NCBI GenBank assembly: GCA_021432655.1
Contig: MU271192.1
Coordinates: 62,001-126,000 of the forward strand
Direction of reading: 5' to 3'
Length of the DNA: 64,000 nucleotides
Source of the DNA: Atractiella rhizophila
Taxonomy: Eukaryota
The notes beneath the pieces were generated by a model. That model was not told where the DNA came from. It ran no database searches and saw only the letters and a list, made by a program, of their open reading frames with translations. Shown in pieces: positions 12,675 to 30,235 of the stretch (positions within the stretch are counted from its first letter, which is position 1; the number at the start of each line of letters is the position of its first letter). The translations under genes and the position numbers were made by a program.

Positions 12675-14182
12675 TTAATCATGGCTCCATTCCTTGTTCT
12701 CGCCATCGATCGCATTCTCGAACTTCCCTACGGATCTCTTGGGAAATAATGGGATGATTTTGCTGCCTCAGTACGTCTAAAATCCGCTCTCTTTGTTCGG
12801 CTGTGAGGTCCTGCTTGTACCTACCAAAATAATCAGATGAATCAGAATAACGCGGATGAGTATCAAGTTTCTACCGCTGCACAAAGACGAGAAACGCCTG
12901 GTGCCAAAGCACAGGAAGTGTCGATTCCGCAGTAGCAGAGTGGGCGAAATGAAGCACCAGAGCATCGATGACCTGATATGGCAAGGCGTATTTCTTGTCT
13001 AGCAATACTCGAAGAAAAATACTTTGTGGACCTTTATTGATTTTAGCCAGTATGTCCGGACTTCATGCGACACACGTACCTGAGTAATCCATCCCGCATA
13101 GTTTCAATATGCCAGCCCCCGAATGTATTGCTGGTATGCTGACTTTAGCCACAACGCTTCCAACAATGCTTGCTTCTCGCAACGTGCAACTTGGGCTCTG
13201 ACAGCGATCTTAATCGGAGCATTTGGAATCATGAGAACGTACAGCACATAGTGGCAGTAATAAACCTTTGAAAAATGCTGAGGGTTTGTACACAGCTTGC
13301 TTGATTGCCTGATAGGACTGAACACTGAGCTTGCGGTTCTCAGAAATCTCGTCTCGGATTTTGGGCAGAAGAATGTCCGAGAGAAACTTCTGACTCTCCC
13401 TTGGGTCTAAATTCGAGATAAATATACGAGAGGCTGCTAGTGTGGCATGAGGTGTCCAATTCTCGGGAGAAGTTAAGTCCAGAAGCTTTCGCCACGATTG
13501 GAGAGTGGGAAGGATCTTGAAGGCTTTCGGTATCGGGCCAGATTTGTACCGTGAAAGGAAAATCCCAACTCTTTGCCTGAACTCAATCCCCACAGCTGGT
13601 ATTGGGAAACACATACTTTGTGTAAACCTCCATAACATGCGGATTGATTTCAGGGGCAGATGAAGGTTCCCCTATTCAGACACATCAGTCAAAGTTCATA
13701 TAAGATATCGACAAACCTCTTCCTTGTTTCTTACTTTCTTGCTCTTGTAGTTTTTCCATGATGAGATCGGCTAAAGTGGGACCCAGTGGATGCTCTGCAT
13801 CCGACATCTACGGTGACTTTCAGCGCGGCAGGGTTTTTGGTTCAAGGTCCTACCTCGAAGTCACTTCCATGATCCCCCCTCTCAGATTCACTGTCCGTTT
13901 CAGGGAGTTGACTTAGGCCCTACTGCAATGAGTCCAGAAACAACGATAGAACAGGGATGACTGACCGTTAGCAATGGATCGGCACTGCCTACGGCAAAAT
14001 CGTGACCCTCCTCCTCCTCAGCCTTCTGCTCTCTAGCGAGCCTGAATACTTTTTCAGCCACAGCAACATCCTGCAGCCCATGCTTTAGACCAGGCTTCCG
14101 TCCCTCCTGGCACCAAGCTCACCTGATTCCGAAGTCTAATTTCTTTGTCTTTCCCTTTTATTTCTTTAGTTGTCCGACCCAT
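12675..14182 (-). CDS. ENP1: Bystin / Enp1 ribosome biogenesis factor, multi-exon
   Basis: [14 protein letters not shown]...[35 protein letters not shown]. Confidence 0.9.
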
Positions 14183-14310
14183 CTCGCCTTTGATCCTGTT
14201 TCTCAAGAAAATTGTAGAGATCGAAAAAACAAAGTTTGAGCGTACGCCTCGTACCTGATTCGTACCAAGCGTCGACGCGAAATTGTTTCGTTCCTTCCTC
14301 ACGTTCTCAA

Positions 14311-14318
14311 TGTGACTG
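14311..14318. promoter_or_regulatory. Homol-D-like box TGTGACTG upstream of ENP1
   Basis: Exact octamer ~130 bp 5' of the start codon of a ribosome-biogenesis gene. Confidence 0.35.
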
Positions 14319-14558
14319 TCACCGTTTTGTCGGCTCTGTCTTTAGCACACTTTCCATCCGTTACAGCTTGATGGTCAGGCTTAGGCACTTAGGGCTCGTA
14401 TAGCTCATATCTAACAACACTTGCATCAAAACATAGTCATCATCTGTCGCTTTCATCTGCCTCGTTTTCCTCGCTGAAGCTTGTAAAAGCCTATACCTGA
14501 AGGGAGTCTTAAAATAGCAAATTTAAGGGGATAAATTATTTGTGACTCTCTATTAGCA

Positions 14559-17612
<3,054 letters not shown>

Positions 17613-17737
17613 GGCGAGCGACGGCGAATCTACGGGAGTCGCCGCTTGCTAGAAGGTACACTGCTGGCTAGCTCGTTGAAAATTTTGGGCCTAGCGACCT
17701 GTTTCCCCAAATGTAAATAGTGTTGTCCTAATGTGAG

Positions 17738-17744
17738 TGACTCA
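17738..17744. promoter_or_regulatory. Gcn4/CpcA (AP-1) site TGACTCA upstream of ARG5,6
   Basis: Perfect consensus ~125 bp 5' of an arginine biosynthesis gene. Confidence 0.4.
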
Positions 17745-18213
17745 GAGTTTTAAAAGTCGCAAGAGCTCTCAATTTTCAGATTCTAAAATGAAGGTGTGTA
17801 CTGTCGAATGGTACAGCACGACGCACACAAAGCGCGAAAAGCGCGAAAAGCGGAATAGGGACAAAATATGGGGTCTAAGCAACCTCTTGGAATCGCAGCC
17901 CAGTCGCAGATTTCCGAGGACCAGGACGGACTCACGCAGTTGTAAAGTAAGATAGGACGAGTAACACGTCGACGTTGGTTAGACTACAAGCTATGGAGGA
18001 GCTGTTGTGACTGAACCTTTGAGAGTGAGGGAATGAACTTGAGACGACTTGAGATCTGATTGCTGCAAATTTTCCGCCCGCAGGCAAGTGGTCATAATTA
18101 AGTACAACCAACCCAACAACAATAATCAAGCAATCAAGCTAATCAAGGTGGTACTCCATCCACCCCAACCATAGTCGCTCTTTCAAGCCATAACAACCGA
18201 ACATACATTCCCA

Positions 18214-19595
18214 ATGGCGGAAGTGTTCGATGGTCCCCCTCCACCCCCTTACAGCTCAGTGTTTTCCGACCCTGGTCGGCGGTTTCCACATCTTCAACAC
18301 TCAGACTACAGCTACAGACCTTCCCAAGAACCTTTCTTCGCAGATCACAGACCCCCTTTAATACCTGGACTTATCGATTCAAAACTCTCAAATGTCTCCT
18401 GGGGAGAGAGATGGGCAAAAGTCCAGTTGCCAGAGCTCAACGCCAAAACAGTCAAATTTGTGCTGCTTTGTCTCCTGTGGTATGCTTGTAAGTCTCTAGT
18501 AGGTCAGCTTGAGTCCATTTAAAGGCACACATAGCTTCGGCGTTCAGCTCGAACACCGGAAAGGCAATCCTTAATCAATTCAGCTTTCCCGTCACGCTCA
18601 CTTTCGTCCAATTCGCTTTCGTCTCGGGTTACTGCATAATCCTCACTGCTCTCAAAGACCAACATTCGAGGAGTCACGCGGACTGGATAATGGGCATTCG
18701 CCGCCCAACAAAGGCGGCTTTAGAGGGAACATTCATCATGTGCTTGTTTCAAGTCCAGGGACACATCTTTGGCTCGTGAGGCTCCTTCTGCTGCCCGTTT
18801 GAGCGCTAAAATGTCGTTTTCGAAAGTATGGCGATCGCCCGCATACCGGTTTCAACTGTGCACACAATCAAGGCCTTATCGCCCCTCTTCACCGTCATGT
18901 CTTACGCTCTCCTCTTTCGGGTTTCTTATTCCCCCGCCACCTACCTATCGCTCCTACCGCTTACTGTCGGCGTCATGCTTGCCTGTTCTTTCCAGTTCCG
19001 CGGAAATATGACTGGTCTCATCTGTGCTCTTGGGAGTACGTTGGTCTTCGTTTCGCAGAACATTTTCAGCAAGAAACTGCTGCCGAAAGAAGGGAGGGAG
19101 ACTGGACACGGGAAGATGGACAAGGTCACCCTCCTTCTCTTTTCGAGTACCATGGCGTTCCTCCTCATGATCCCAATTTGGGTCTACACGGATGGGATGA
19201 CATTCTTCAGCTTGTGGTGGAACAACGTTCCATCATCTGGTGAGGCCAACGTTGGACGCATAATGTGGTACTTCTTCCTCAACGGCTCATTCCACTTCGC
19301 CCAGAACCTCTTGGCCTTTTCCATACTCGCCATCACGTCACCGGTCACTTACTCCGTTGCCTCCCTCATCAAGCGAATAGTCGTGATTTGCGTCGCCATC
19401 ATGTGGTTCGGACAGCAAGTTCTTGGTGTGCAGAAGGTTGGCATAATACTCACGTTTACTGGTCTGTACCTCTACAACCGGGCGAAGGGTGATGTGGAGA
19501 AAGGAGAGCGAAAGAGAGGGCATCAAGAGAGGAAGAGCGAGATTGTTCTGCCGACTAGTGTCGATGACGCGAGGGAATTGAATTGGCGTGGATAG
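18214..19595 (+). CDS. Triose-phosphate/nucleotide-sugar transporter family (TPT, Sly41-like)
   Basis: FPVTLTFVQF, IPVSTVHTIKALSPLFTV, SPVTYSVASLIKRIVVI. Confidence 0.88.
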
Positions 19596-19728
19596 GACCT
19601 TGGACTCTCATTCGCCACTGTAGATATTATTGTCATGGACAGCGTAATTATCATAGAACCATTTCAACTATACTAAATTGTATTGTGGCAAAATCGGTAT
19701 TCGAAGGCATGTCAAGATAGGTCAAGAT

Positions 19729-22700
19729 CTAAGGCTCCATTGCATTCTCGTCAGCGAGCAACTCGAGCAAGCTCGACACCCTGGCTTGATTGTTTCCTGC
19801 CTTCTTTACCACATACTCCCTCAGCGGTTTTCTTAGGTTTTCTTGTTTCATCACTACTTCCTTCAGCTGTTCCTTGGGTAGCTGCAGAAGAGCGCCGAAT
19901 GAGTGCGGCGCAATGGCACTTGTGCAACGGATGAAGCCTTCCCATAGCTGTGGGGTCGTCCAGATCTTCTTTGTTATCAGGCGCGAGAGCAAGGTAGTGG
20001 ACACAAACGGTTGCAGCTGCCGATAGTACTGAACAGCTTGTATGACCTATGGTTTCCTTGTTAATAGCTGACAGATGGGGCGACAACGCTCATCGCTTAC
20101 CGTTCGCAAAAACAGCGTCGGCAAGGGCGTTGGTTCATCCAGGACCTGCTGCATGAAAGCTGCCCAGACTTCAGTCTTGAAAGTTTCTGTCATGGAGAAG
20201 CAAAGGGCGATGGCTAGACGAGTTAGTCAACCAAAAGTCAAATCCGTCAACTAGGGCATTCATTACCTTCCATGGTGCTCTTCAAGCCGATTTCCTTTTC
20301 ATTTGTATGCAGAAGCATAAGAAGTTCTTTTGGTGTAAGATGATCATTCTGTCGTACACGAGGGATGTTTGTCGAAGCTGAGCCAAAAGTTTGCGTTTGA
20401 GCTGAAACAATGGATTCGAAAACGGAGCGAACAATCGCCTTCTTCTCTGGAGTGCCGTCCAGTAGAGAAACGATGCGAGGAAGCTGCCTAGTTGTTTCCC
20501 GCTATATTTCTTTTTAGGATGAGTAGCGACACAGACAACTCTACATACCATGTCAAACTCTGATATGATCGGCACCAGGAACCGGGGGTCGAGTTCCTTT
20601 TCTAAGCTCATCTCACGAATGAGGTTTACAAGAGCAGGTGACGGTCGACCTTTCTCTGTGAGAATGGCAAGTATCTTTAGGGCGAGATCCTCCGAACCGA
20701 GGGGACAATCGCGGATAAGGTTGTGAATCTGAGGATGCTTGGGTCCAAGAGAGCGAACGAGGCCGGTAATAAGTGACAACAGGGCATTCTTGCAGAAGGG
20801 GGACATTTTCGGATATGATGTAAAAATGCTGCGATAATGTTAGAAGTAGCAGCACAAGAGATGGCTGCGTACTGCCTTAAAAGTTCAGGACACTTCGAAC
20901 TTAAGGCCAGCAAAAGTTCGACGTGCCGAACAAGACCAAGCTCATTTTTCGGATACGGGAAATCTCGCGCGATTTCTCCGCCGCTGACAAGAAGATTGTG
21001 ACCCATCAAGGTGTCCTGCTCATCCACGGCCATGTCCATAGCCTCTGCATCAAGTGTGTCTTCTGGCGGAGTTTCCAGACGGTGAAGTAAGGATAAGGCG
21101 AACTGCACAACCTTCCCATTGAGCGGCGCCGTGTCTGGAACCCAACGCTTGAGAGTCAGAATGGCAGGATTCCGAGTCGCTTTGTCTACGCGGAGTCAGG
21201 TAAGTTGAGTGGTGATAAAGTTAGACGGACCTGAGTGTACCGCTAGCGAGAAGAGAGCATCTAGAGCTGTAGGCCGCACGTTAGGCCGAAGCATACAGAG
21301 ATCACGAAGTGCTGTGAAGCCAAGTTGCATCCTGTCGGAAGTATGAGGCAAAGAAGAGAAAACTGAAATGCGAGCTTACTGATCGCAATTTGTACACATA
21401 TCGACCAGTCTCTTGATCTGTTCATTCGGGATTTCTGGCAGATCACTCAGAAACCGCATAAACTCCTTGTCTTGATTGGATGATTTTTCTCTGATCTGAT
21501 CAAGAAGCTCTGTCAACCAGTAGAAATAACAGTCCTAGACAAAGCAGTTCAGGTCGCCGTAATTTGCGTCATGGTGCTCACTTTACTCGTTTCCCCTAAG
21601 ACCCCCAAAGTTACTTCAGCGGTGTACCACTCCTCGTTTAACCATAGTCTAGCGAGTTCCATCCTAAACAAATAACTTCAGCCCGTGCACCCATTCGTTC
21701 TGTCGACACACCTAGTGCCGATGTCGGCTAAAACGAAGTCGAATAGCGTTTGCCGCAAGACATCTTGGCCTTTATCGGGACGTGCTTGAGGAACCCTAGC
21801 TGCCAGCCTCGAAACCAAAAATACCCAAAATTCAGCTCCATAATCAGAGTCCCCAGCGAATGGCTTCAGCTCTTGCGATATTTGGGAGATAGCCAGTTTG
21901 CTTATGTCGCTCTTAGTGGAGGGGTTCTGTTTCTTGGGCATTTGTATTTTAAATGGGCGTGCAAAGAGTCCAGAGCGCGACGGCAGTGGATCTTCGGTTT
22001 CATCCGGAGGTGCAGTCGAAGGAATCTGAACCCCTGAATTAACTAAGAGTGGCCCGGAGTGTGAAGAAGCGCACAGCGGCCTGCTCAGTCTTGAATTCCA
22101 TTTCCTCATCGTCATCAGCCCCGAGATTGAGGGGATTCACTTTGCTATCGTCTTGCACTTCGTATTCTGTAAACCCATCCAACTCTTGTCGTATTGGCTG
22201 AACCCCCTTCAGACAGAATACCCTCTCAGCAAAGAGAGATTCCCACCAAAATCGCCTGTTGCAGTCTCTCGTCGGCCAAGCTTTGAAAAGTAGCCATCAC
22301 CAGATCGACAACTAAATTAGAGGGTAATGTGGAAGCGTCAAATTCAGCCAAAGGGTTCCCTGCATAATCTGGTCCAGTCAAAACTTCGTAGAGGGACTTT
22401 GGAGGACCGGCTTCTCGCTTGTCCTTACTGATCTTCCGCCGTTTGTTGGACGACAACTCGTCAGTGATGATCTGTCGTTTGCGACTTGCTTCTGCTTCGC
22501 GTGCGGCTCTTGCTTCTGACGCAGCAACATCCATGCGAGTTGTTTGCCGTGCCAGGAAGGTGTTTATTGTTGTTGCATGAGCTCCGGCATGTCCCGTTCT
22601 AAGCTGAATGTATTAGCGTAGGTCAAACAGTCATCTCCAACGCACCTCAGCAGATGAGCGAGTCCAATCCTAATGGACTTCTCAACACTCTTGATTTGCA

Positions 22701-23706
22701 ACGCAGAAAGGCTGGCCAGGGCATCCGGTGTCCAGTTTGTGAGTGATTGGATCACAAGCTCTGCATTGGACGGTCGCGATTTGACGAGTACAATCAGCGC
22801 GTTAACGAGCGAGGTGAGAATATCAGGAGACCTAATATTGGGAAATAAGCATGCATGTGGAAATTCTAGAAGAGGACCTACTTGGAATTAAATAATAACG
22901 TAACACACTCCACCAGCAACTGTTTAGCTTCTTCTTCTAACGCATTTACTCGCAGAAAAGGGTGATGGGATGGACAATGTCCCAGATTGGGATCTGTCTT
23001 GTGCAACTGTGCCAAAGCCCTTTCAGTCATTATCTAGAGATACTTGACAGACATACCCGTGGATCTGGAGCTGCCTTGGATTGAGTCTGGATGATCTTCT
23101 GTACCAGCTTCATGCCAGCCAGTTTCAGGGCCACAGCGTCTGATTTCCACAGTTCTAACACCTGGCGTTTGCCTGAGACAACCTTCTCCCATAGTTTTGC
23201 GTCTGAAGTCGTCCCACAGCTGAGCAATGTCATAAACTAAGGAATTCCAACAAGGGGAGGAAACCTACGCGTGACGAAATAGGAGAGGATAAGCGGTGGT
23301 GAAGCATTGAATTGCACGTTTTTGTATGCTTAATTCGGGATCGGAGAGCAATTTGAGGATATGATCCAGAGATTGAAGCACCACTAACAAGATACAGGGA
23401 CCTTTAACAACCCAGAGATGGCAAAGAGAATAAGGTATCGAATTTCTCACATTGCGTTCTACTTTCCATGGTAGCAGGATTCCTACAAATAGCAAATTCC
23501 ATCAAGCTCACAATCCAGTGCTTCATCTGTCTACTGCTACCGCCCAGCATGGAGATTAGGGTGGTGTAAAGGATGGGAATAGCGCCAGTTTGCTCCTCCA
23601 AGGCATTTCGAAGTTCGGCGAGCGCGACGGCTTGGTCTTCAGAGTCCTGGGGTTTGCTGAGAACATTCTGCAAAAGAACGAGCGCGTTTTGAGCGTTGTT
23701 GGCCAT
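19729..23706 (-). CDS. PTA1: Symplekin/Pta1 mRNA 3'-processing scaffold, multi-exon
   Basis: C-terminal LPTLFLRTV...LLSRLITKKIW...LWEGFIRC (Symplekin_C); N-terminal HEAT-like region with KSVEKSIRI. Confidence 0.82.
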
Positions 23707-24249
23707 CTTCCTGGCGAAATGAGGCGATTCTCTCCTCCACCCACGTATTGAACTTCATGCAGTATTACCGCAACGCCGAAGAATAGTTAAACGCAGCAAA
23801 TTCCTAACTTGTCAGCCCAATAGCACATACATTCTGTGCCATGGTTCAATTCTCGCGAGGTAGAGCGAGAGGGAACTACAACAGGTACCCGAGGACAGGT
23901 TATCATGGAGGACATAACTCGTGGAAGCAAATCCATATACCACGCCACTTGGCTGAGGTCTCGTCCTTCTCCAAGCTCCCTACGTAAACTAAACCCTCTC
24001 ACAGGAATTTAAAAGGTTATTATTTTAAACCGTCGTGTCACAGAACGGTGACGGGTAGCGCTTCGTAGGACTGGCGCGTTTGACGAAATCAAAAGGGATT
24101 TGTTGGAATCTTTCAATGCGAGTCCTGTGAGGTCGATAGCAGCTCAATGTGTTGAATGATACGAGCTTTGTCCAGGAAGGAAAAGAACGGTTCTTACAAG
24201 ACCTTCAATCTCACGTACGTTAGCACTTAGGTTTATGTGAGCACTGTGA

Positions 24250-24783
24250 TGATTTGTGTCCTCAGCTGGAGGACAAATTACAACAAGACCCCCGCATACG
24301 GCATCGCACTTATAGAGGGCGGAAAGGGGGCTTGTTTCCACTAGGCGGAAGAAACGCAGGGCATGAAGAGTTACTTCGAGAAGTGAATCGGTGTGTACTT
24401 CGACTTCCTTGATGAAAGTTGACATGCTTTGAAGCACCACTTTGATGGACGACGTATTGACATCGCTCAAGTCTCGCCTTTCGGAGCCCGAGCGAAGTGA
24501 TCAGATTCGCATCCGCCTGATGCAAGTGCTTCAACGGAACAGAGAGCAAGTAGCTCGCAGGAAGCCAACCCGTCCCCCTAATCTGACGCAGCGGCCATCC
24601 GTTGTAGCACAGGCGGCTCCTGCTCCTGAAACGCTAATTCTCGAGACAGTCGAGCGAGAATCTCTTTCGGGCAATTCAGACTCAGAGGATGACATTTCCG
24701 AGTCGCAACGACCTCCAGCCAACAATGCGGGAGTTAGTGCAGCAGCCGAGAAGCTTGAGAACGCTGAAGAAACACCACTTTAG
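24250..24783 (+). CDS. Small hypothetical protein (5' exons uncertain)
   Basis: 113-aa terminal ORF 24442-24783 with protein-like composition in a gene-sized gap. Confidence 0.35.
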
Positions 24784-24949
24784 CCTCAAAATCTTGCTTT
24801 TCGCCAGATGTAGATTAGAAGATATCAAGGAAATTAATTAAATGAAAGTGCAAACAGTATCGAAGGTATCTGGTATTTATGTGAACAGATGAAATGTAGC
24901 ATGAATGTAATGAATGCAACCGGATCCTGAATTACTAAACGTGGTATGT

Positions 24950-27900
24950 TCAAAGCACGTACAGAACGCTTGAAGCCTTAACGAACAAGCCTTTGGTCAC
25001 TTGACCAGTCTGGTTACTTCCAGTTTCCGACTTAGTGGTGGAATGTAAGCTAATTGCGCTGCTGTTGGCGGATGCAAAACCCGGAGGGAGGGGGGAAGTA
25101 GCCCTGTTAGATGGAACTGGCTCTGTGCCTAGCTCGAAATACTTCACGCCTGTCAGAGGAAATTGAGTAATAAATTTTGGAGGTTCACGAGCGAGATCTT
25201 ACCCTCGAAAGTGCCGTCATGCCACTTGAGCTTGCTGTGCTCTTTCCCAATAAGTCGGGTATCTACTTCAACACCGACCCAGGCTCCTTTGTCGAATAAA
25301 ACCTTGCCGATATACCGAACCTAAGTATACCTTATTAGTGTCTTGCTTGTTCAGAATGTATGTAGCCACACCATAGCTCGGAACTTAATTGGCTTGGTAA
25401 CCCCCATAGTCGTGACAATACACGGTATTCCAACATTGAGCGCAGAACCCGGAGCTGCTTTGACTGGTTTGGGTTTTGTTACAGCTGCAGATCTGACAGA
25501 TTTGATACTGGCCGCAGTAGAAGCGGTCGACGGTTTTACTGTTCTTCTCGGAGTGGATGATATCGTAGACTCGTTGTCTTTAACAGATCGAGTTGACCGG
25601 GTGGAGATGATGGAAGGAGCTTTCTGGACTCTTGCAGGAGGGGCACCATTCGCAGATTTAGCAACCAGTGGAGGACCGGTTCTTGATGGGCCTGCAGTGG
25701 AAGTTGAGGCGAAGGACTTGGCTGAAGCGGCTGACATTCGGCGCGGGCGAGCGGATGAAGTAATGCTAGGGGCTTTCTTGGCGGCTGGTGTCGCTGTCGC
25801 TGTCGCGGCGGATGTCGTCGAGGTCGTGGTGGGCGGCGCTGTCGGGCGCCTCACGGACCTAACGCTAGCAGCAGAGGAGATTGAAGGAGCTTTCTTCGCG
25901 GTAGAAGGCTGAGACGTTGGTACGGGCGGTTTGGAAGCTTTTGGTGTGCTCACTGCTGGAGTCCCTCGTGCAGAAACTCGTGAAGTGACGGATGTGCGAG
26001 ACGGAGAGCGTTTCACTAGCCTTTGGGTAGTCCCCACTTGGACAGAAGGTGTTTTATTGTCAGGAGGAAGAGTCGGTAAAGATCGCGAAGGCTTGGTGGG
26101 AGCACCACTTGCGGAAGCGACTGAGGAGACGGACGGAGCCAGTGATTTCCGATCAGCCTCAATCTCTTTGATGATAGCAGAGTTCTCCGCCCGAAGTCTT
26201 CGAACAGAACTAGCTACGCTGGAAGTGCTAGTGACGGAAACACGGCTCGGTTGCCGACTGGTTACTGATGTAGTCCGCGGAGTAGTACCAGGCTTCATTG
26301 GAGTTCCACCGCGAGCTGCGGGACGGATGCTTCCAGTTTGAGATGTGGTGCGCGCAGCATTTCGATTGAGGACTGACGCGCGAAGAGAGCGGTCTGTGAT
26401 GCTTTCCGTGTCATCCCTCTCAACCTTCTTACCTTTACCAACGGAGGGAGGTGGCGCTCGTGTGTTATCCAATAAATCCGAAACAGGAACTTCCAGCTCT
26501 TTTGCCAATTCTCAGAGATCTGGTACTAGCAGGTAGTTGACAACGCACCATCAGATATCTCCTTCAGCGCCCAATTTTCCAAGGCGGCGAAGGCGTTGTA
26601 CTGCCGAACATTCACCCATCGCCTCTTGAGATACTTGATGATCCCATCTTTCGCATCTTCCACTAACGCGCGAGCATCCATCGATATCCCATCCTATCCG
26701 AGGACAATTTAGCACTTCTATCTAAGACACGCGGAACGGATGGCAAACCTCTCGCAGCAAGACATTGCCAATGAGAATCTGATAGGTTTGAGGGACAGTC
26801 TGATCGGTCAAAGACTTGACGAGGAAGGAGAGCACTTTCTCCAACAGATCGGAAGAAAAGCCAACGCCATCGCAGAGTGATCTGAAGTACTGGCTATCCG
26901 TGACCTTTCTGAAATCCTTGGTCAGAATGTGTGTTACCTTTGTTTGCAAAGGTTCGAGCATGGTCCGCAAATGATCTGCCCAAGGTCCCTTTTCGAATTC
27001 GATGCGTTTATTGAGAGTATCGCATCCCTTGACCATGTCCACGAGAGTGTTAGGATTTGTGGCGTTGAGCAGCGAAGTAGCGATACTCTGGCGAAGTTTA
27101 GGATCTAAATGGCCGACTTCCCGTCCCCAAGCATCTCCAAAGACTTTAGGATTGGTGAGGATGCTCTTGGAGCCTTCGTACAGGTGTGGCGCACTGACAT
27201 CTGGCGAGGAAGCAAACTCGAATACCCTCCCAGCACGTTTTGTGCAAATCTTGCAAGTATCCTTGAAGTTGTGGACCATTGTTTCGACCTTCCGTTCCAC
27301 TTCGACCTTCAACAGATCCAAACTCAGGTACGCCGCGCTGCGCCAGATTTCGAAAGCGGTGCTGAGGTCAAACGTCCGATTGGAGAAATCGAGCGTTCCG
27401 CAATATAGCCATCCGAGGCAAAAATGAAGGGAAGCTGGGGAGAAAGGTGGAGAAGGGAGGGTGAAACTTCGATTATCCGAATCGGCGTATCGATTTAAGA
27501 GCAAAGATCTGAAATAAGGACTTCGAGAACACAAAATAGCTCGATGAGCCGCGAAAACAGCCTCTGGCTGATTGCCCCTTTGAACATCAAGGTACATGGA
27601 GCCTGGCGAGTTCCCGCTGCCTTCTGATATGTGAATTTCTGCGTCCGCGTAAAGTTTTGACCTCCACATATACAACAGATCCTACGCTTCTCCATGAGCC
27701 ACATTACATTCCTGCCCAGAGTCACTTACTTGGCGTAACTTTTGCACCCTCTCTTCCGCAGAAGCGCCAGCCAAGTTCGGATCGTCGAAAAGGAAGGCAA
27801 AGACGTCCACCATTCCATTTGCAGTGTAAAGAAACTCAAGGATAGATTGGAAAAGAGCAGGGTCTGTGCCGTCTAAGGGTAGAGGAGCTCGTATCGTCGA

Positions 27901-28350
27901 AGCTACTGAGAGGAGACTCATGGACGCTGGCGAAGCGGCACGAAGGTAGGGAGAAGCGGCATCTGAGCGACTGACCATCGAGTTGGGAGTTGGGGAACGG
28001 TGAGAAAAGTGAGATGGGAGCGAAAGGGTTGAAGCAGAAGCGCTGCCATTAGGAATTGGGAGAGGGAGCTTGGCTCCTAGATATTTGGCTTGAAATTGTC
28101 CTCCAGATCTAGCGTAAAGAATAGCCTTGTGAGCTGATATCTGGCCACCAGATTCTGGAGACCAAGACACGTCTGCGAAGCGATCGCGAGCGTTGGTTAA
28201 GAGGGAGGCTAAGTCGGCTATCTGAAGGATATGGAAGCAGGATGAATGCACGCCCCATGGCGAGAATAACAGAATAAAGATGCTCACCCATGCCTCCTCA
28301 GCCACCTTGGCAGCCTGCTTATTGCCCTGCGCTTTCTTCACCACGCTCAT
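24950..28350 (-). CDS. BTB/POZ-domain protein with Ser/Thr/Pro-rich linker and C-terminal CAP-Gly domain
   Basis: Two BTB-like segments (ISAHKAILYAR; FAAHRAILCSRSPYF); C-terminus VRYIG...GAWVGVE...HDGTFEG.KYF...GLFVK. Confidence 0.8.
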
Positions 28351-28522
28351 GTCATGCTACTCACTCGTCGAACCAGACCCATGAAGACGTGATGACAGTT
28401 GATGAGTATGATCATTTACGACAGCTACAACTAGCAACTAGCTGGCTCAAGCTCACCAGCCTGCACGCAGCAACCATCAGCCAGTCAAGGTGGCAGCCCA
28501 CAGCAGATAAACGGCAGCCAAA

Positions 28523-29927
28523 ATGACAGCTCCAACCGTCCAAGTAACGCCGTCAGAAAATGGGCCTTCCTCCTCCAGACCTGCGCGCCGTTTGAGCACT
28601 CAGCCGCTCTCCACGGCCTCGAAGGAGGATCTCCTCGCAGAAGTCGCCCTCCTTCAAAAGGAGCTTCAGCGGCTGCAGGGCAATGTTGACGGTGCTGCCT
28701 CCCTTTCCGCCTCCGAGCCTCCAAGCAGCCCCAGTCGCAGACCCTCCTCTCCTTCCCAAGGTATCTCAAGGATTCCCGTGGCTTCCGTTTCCCTCAATCG
28801 AGCGCTTGTAGAGACAGATCCTCCGTCACCAACTACCCCACCAGCTAATCCCGAACGAAGCCCTTCCCCATCTCAGTCTTCCCACCATTTAGACGTTACT
28901 TCCTCCAACCCCTTCTTTGGTGGGACCAGCGGGAGGAACAGGGTCGTTCAAGGCCAAATATCAGCTCAGAGTGGCACAGGCAAAGTCATTACTTCTCTCC
29001 AACAGGACCTCGCCTCTGTTCGCTCTGTATTGGAGAGCACAAGAGGTCAATTGCGCATCAGCCAAAGGGCCGTGGAGGCCTTAACGCGTACAAGCGGTGC
29101 GATTTCCTTCATTGATGCTTTGTAATAGTGGTTTAAGCGTGGATAGAGGACTTGAAGGACGGTAAGGAGCGTCTAAGACTTGAAAATGAAGGACTTTCAA
29201 AGATGGTTTCCCGGAAGGAGCGAATGCTCGAAGAGACTCTCGAACGAGCACGAAAAGCCGAGTCGAGCCTGGCGAATCTCAAAGAGATTCACAAACGGGA
29301 TACAAACGACACCAAAAGCAAGATCAAAGATATGGCACGTTCCCCTTCTGTTCTCCCGGGCCAGCGCTTACCCTCCTCTGCAGGAAGCGCGAACAGAGGA
29401 AGCGGAGGGTTATAGGAAGAAGTGCGACTCAGAGTATCAGGCCATGAAGGCGTCTGTGAAGTCTGTTGTAGGTGGATGGAAGCTTGAGATAGAACAGATG
29501 AAGAAGCAAATGCAAGAGTTGGAGGAGCGGCATAAAAAAGAGATTGACGAAACAAAGCTGAAGCATAACACGCGTTCGTCCCTTCCATTCGCCTTTTCTC
29601 GTACAACTATCGCTCACTGTTTGCAGTTGCCAAAATGTTCAAGGGTCGTGCAGATGAACAGTCGACACTTACGCACGCCGTTGACTCTCTGAAAAGCTCG
29701 CGTGAAGAGTGTGTCATTTTCTGTTGTGTGCTTTATGACATATTGACAGTCGTAAATATAGGTTTTCGAAAGCATATAAGGACGCGATTGCCAAGCTGAG
29801 TGAAGAAGCGGAAGCGAACGTGAAAAAAAGCGAAGAGTCACAAGCTCAAGTTGAGGAAGTGCACAATGAGCTAAAGCGCATACTTCGCCTAATCCGAGCC
29901 CAAGACAGGAACAGCGACCGATCATGA
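28523..29927 (+). CDS. Coiled-coil hypothetical protein, multi-exon
   Basis: Spliceable ORFs with Ser/Pro-rich N-terminus and long heptad-rich segments. Confidence 0.65.
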
Positions 29928-30235
29928 TATGGTTTTTGTGGACACTTGTTCTTTATTTATGTTAGTATGATACATATACCTCCCTATACCGTTGCATCTT
30001 GTCAATAATCAGACAATGTCGTTTCTTCCACCTTGTTGCCCTGACCTTTGACGTTGATGTTCCATGTGTGTCGATGATTGGTTGTTTGTTTGCTTTGCAC
30101 CGCTGGAGCTTGACTAAATTATAAAAGCTTGCTTGCCCACGACTCCACGACTGAACCAGCTGCAAGACGGCGACGCTGTCGAAGCCTTGACTGGCATGCC
30201 TCCATTGCTCCATCCGCTGAGACCTAGATCTTATC

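Noticed and set aside
25343..26536. Long plus-strand ORFs (189, 136 and 63 aa), and similar ones at 57257-57757 and 52483-53085
   Set aside because: Antisense shadows of real minus-strand genes.
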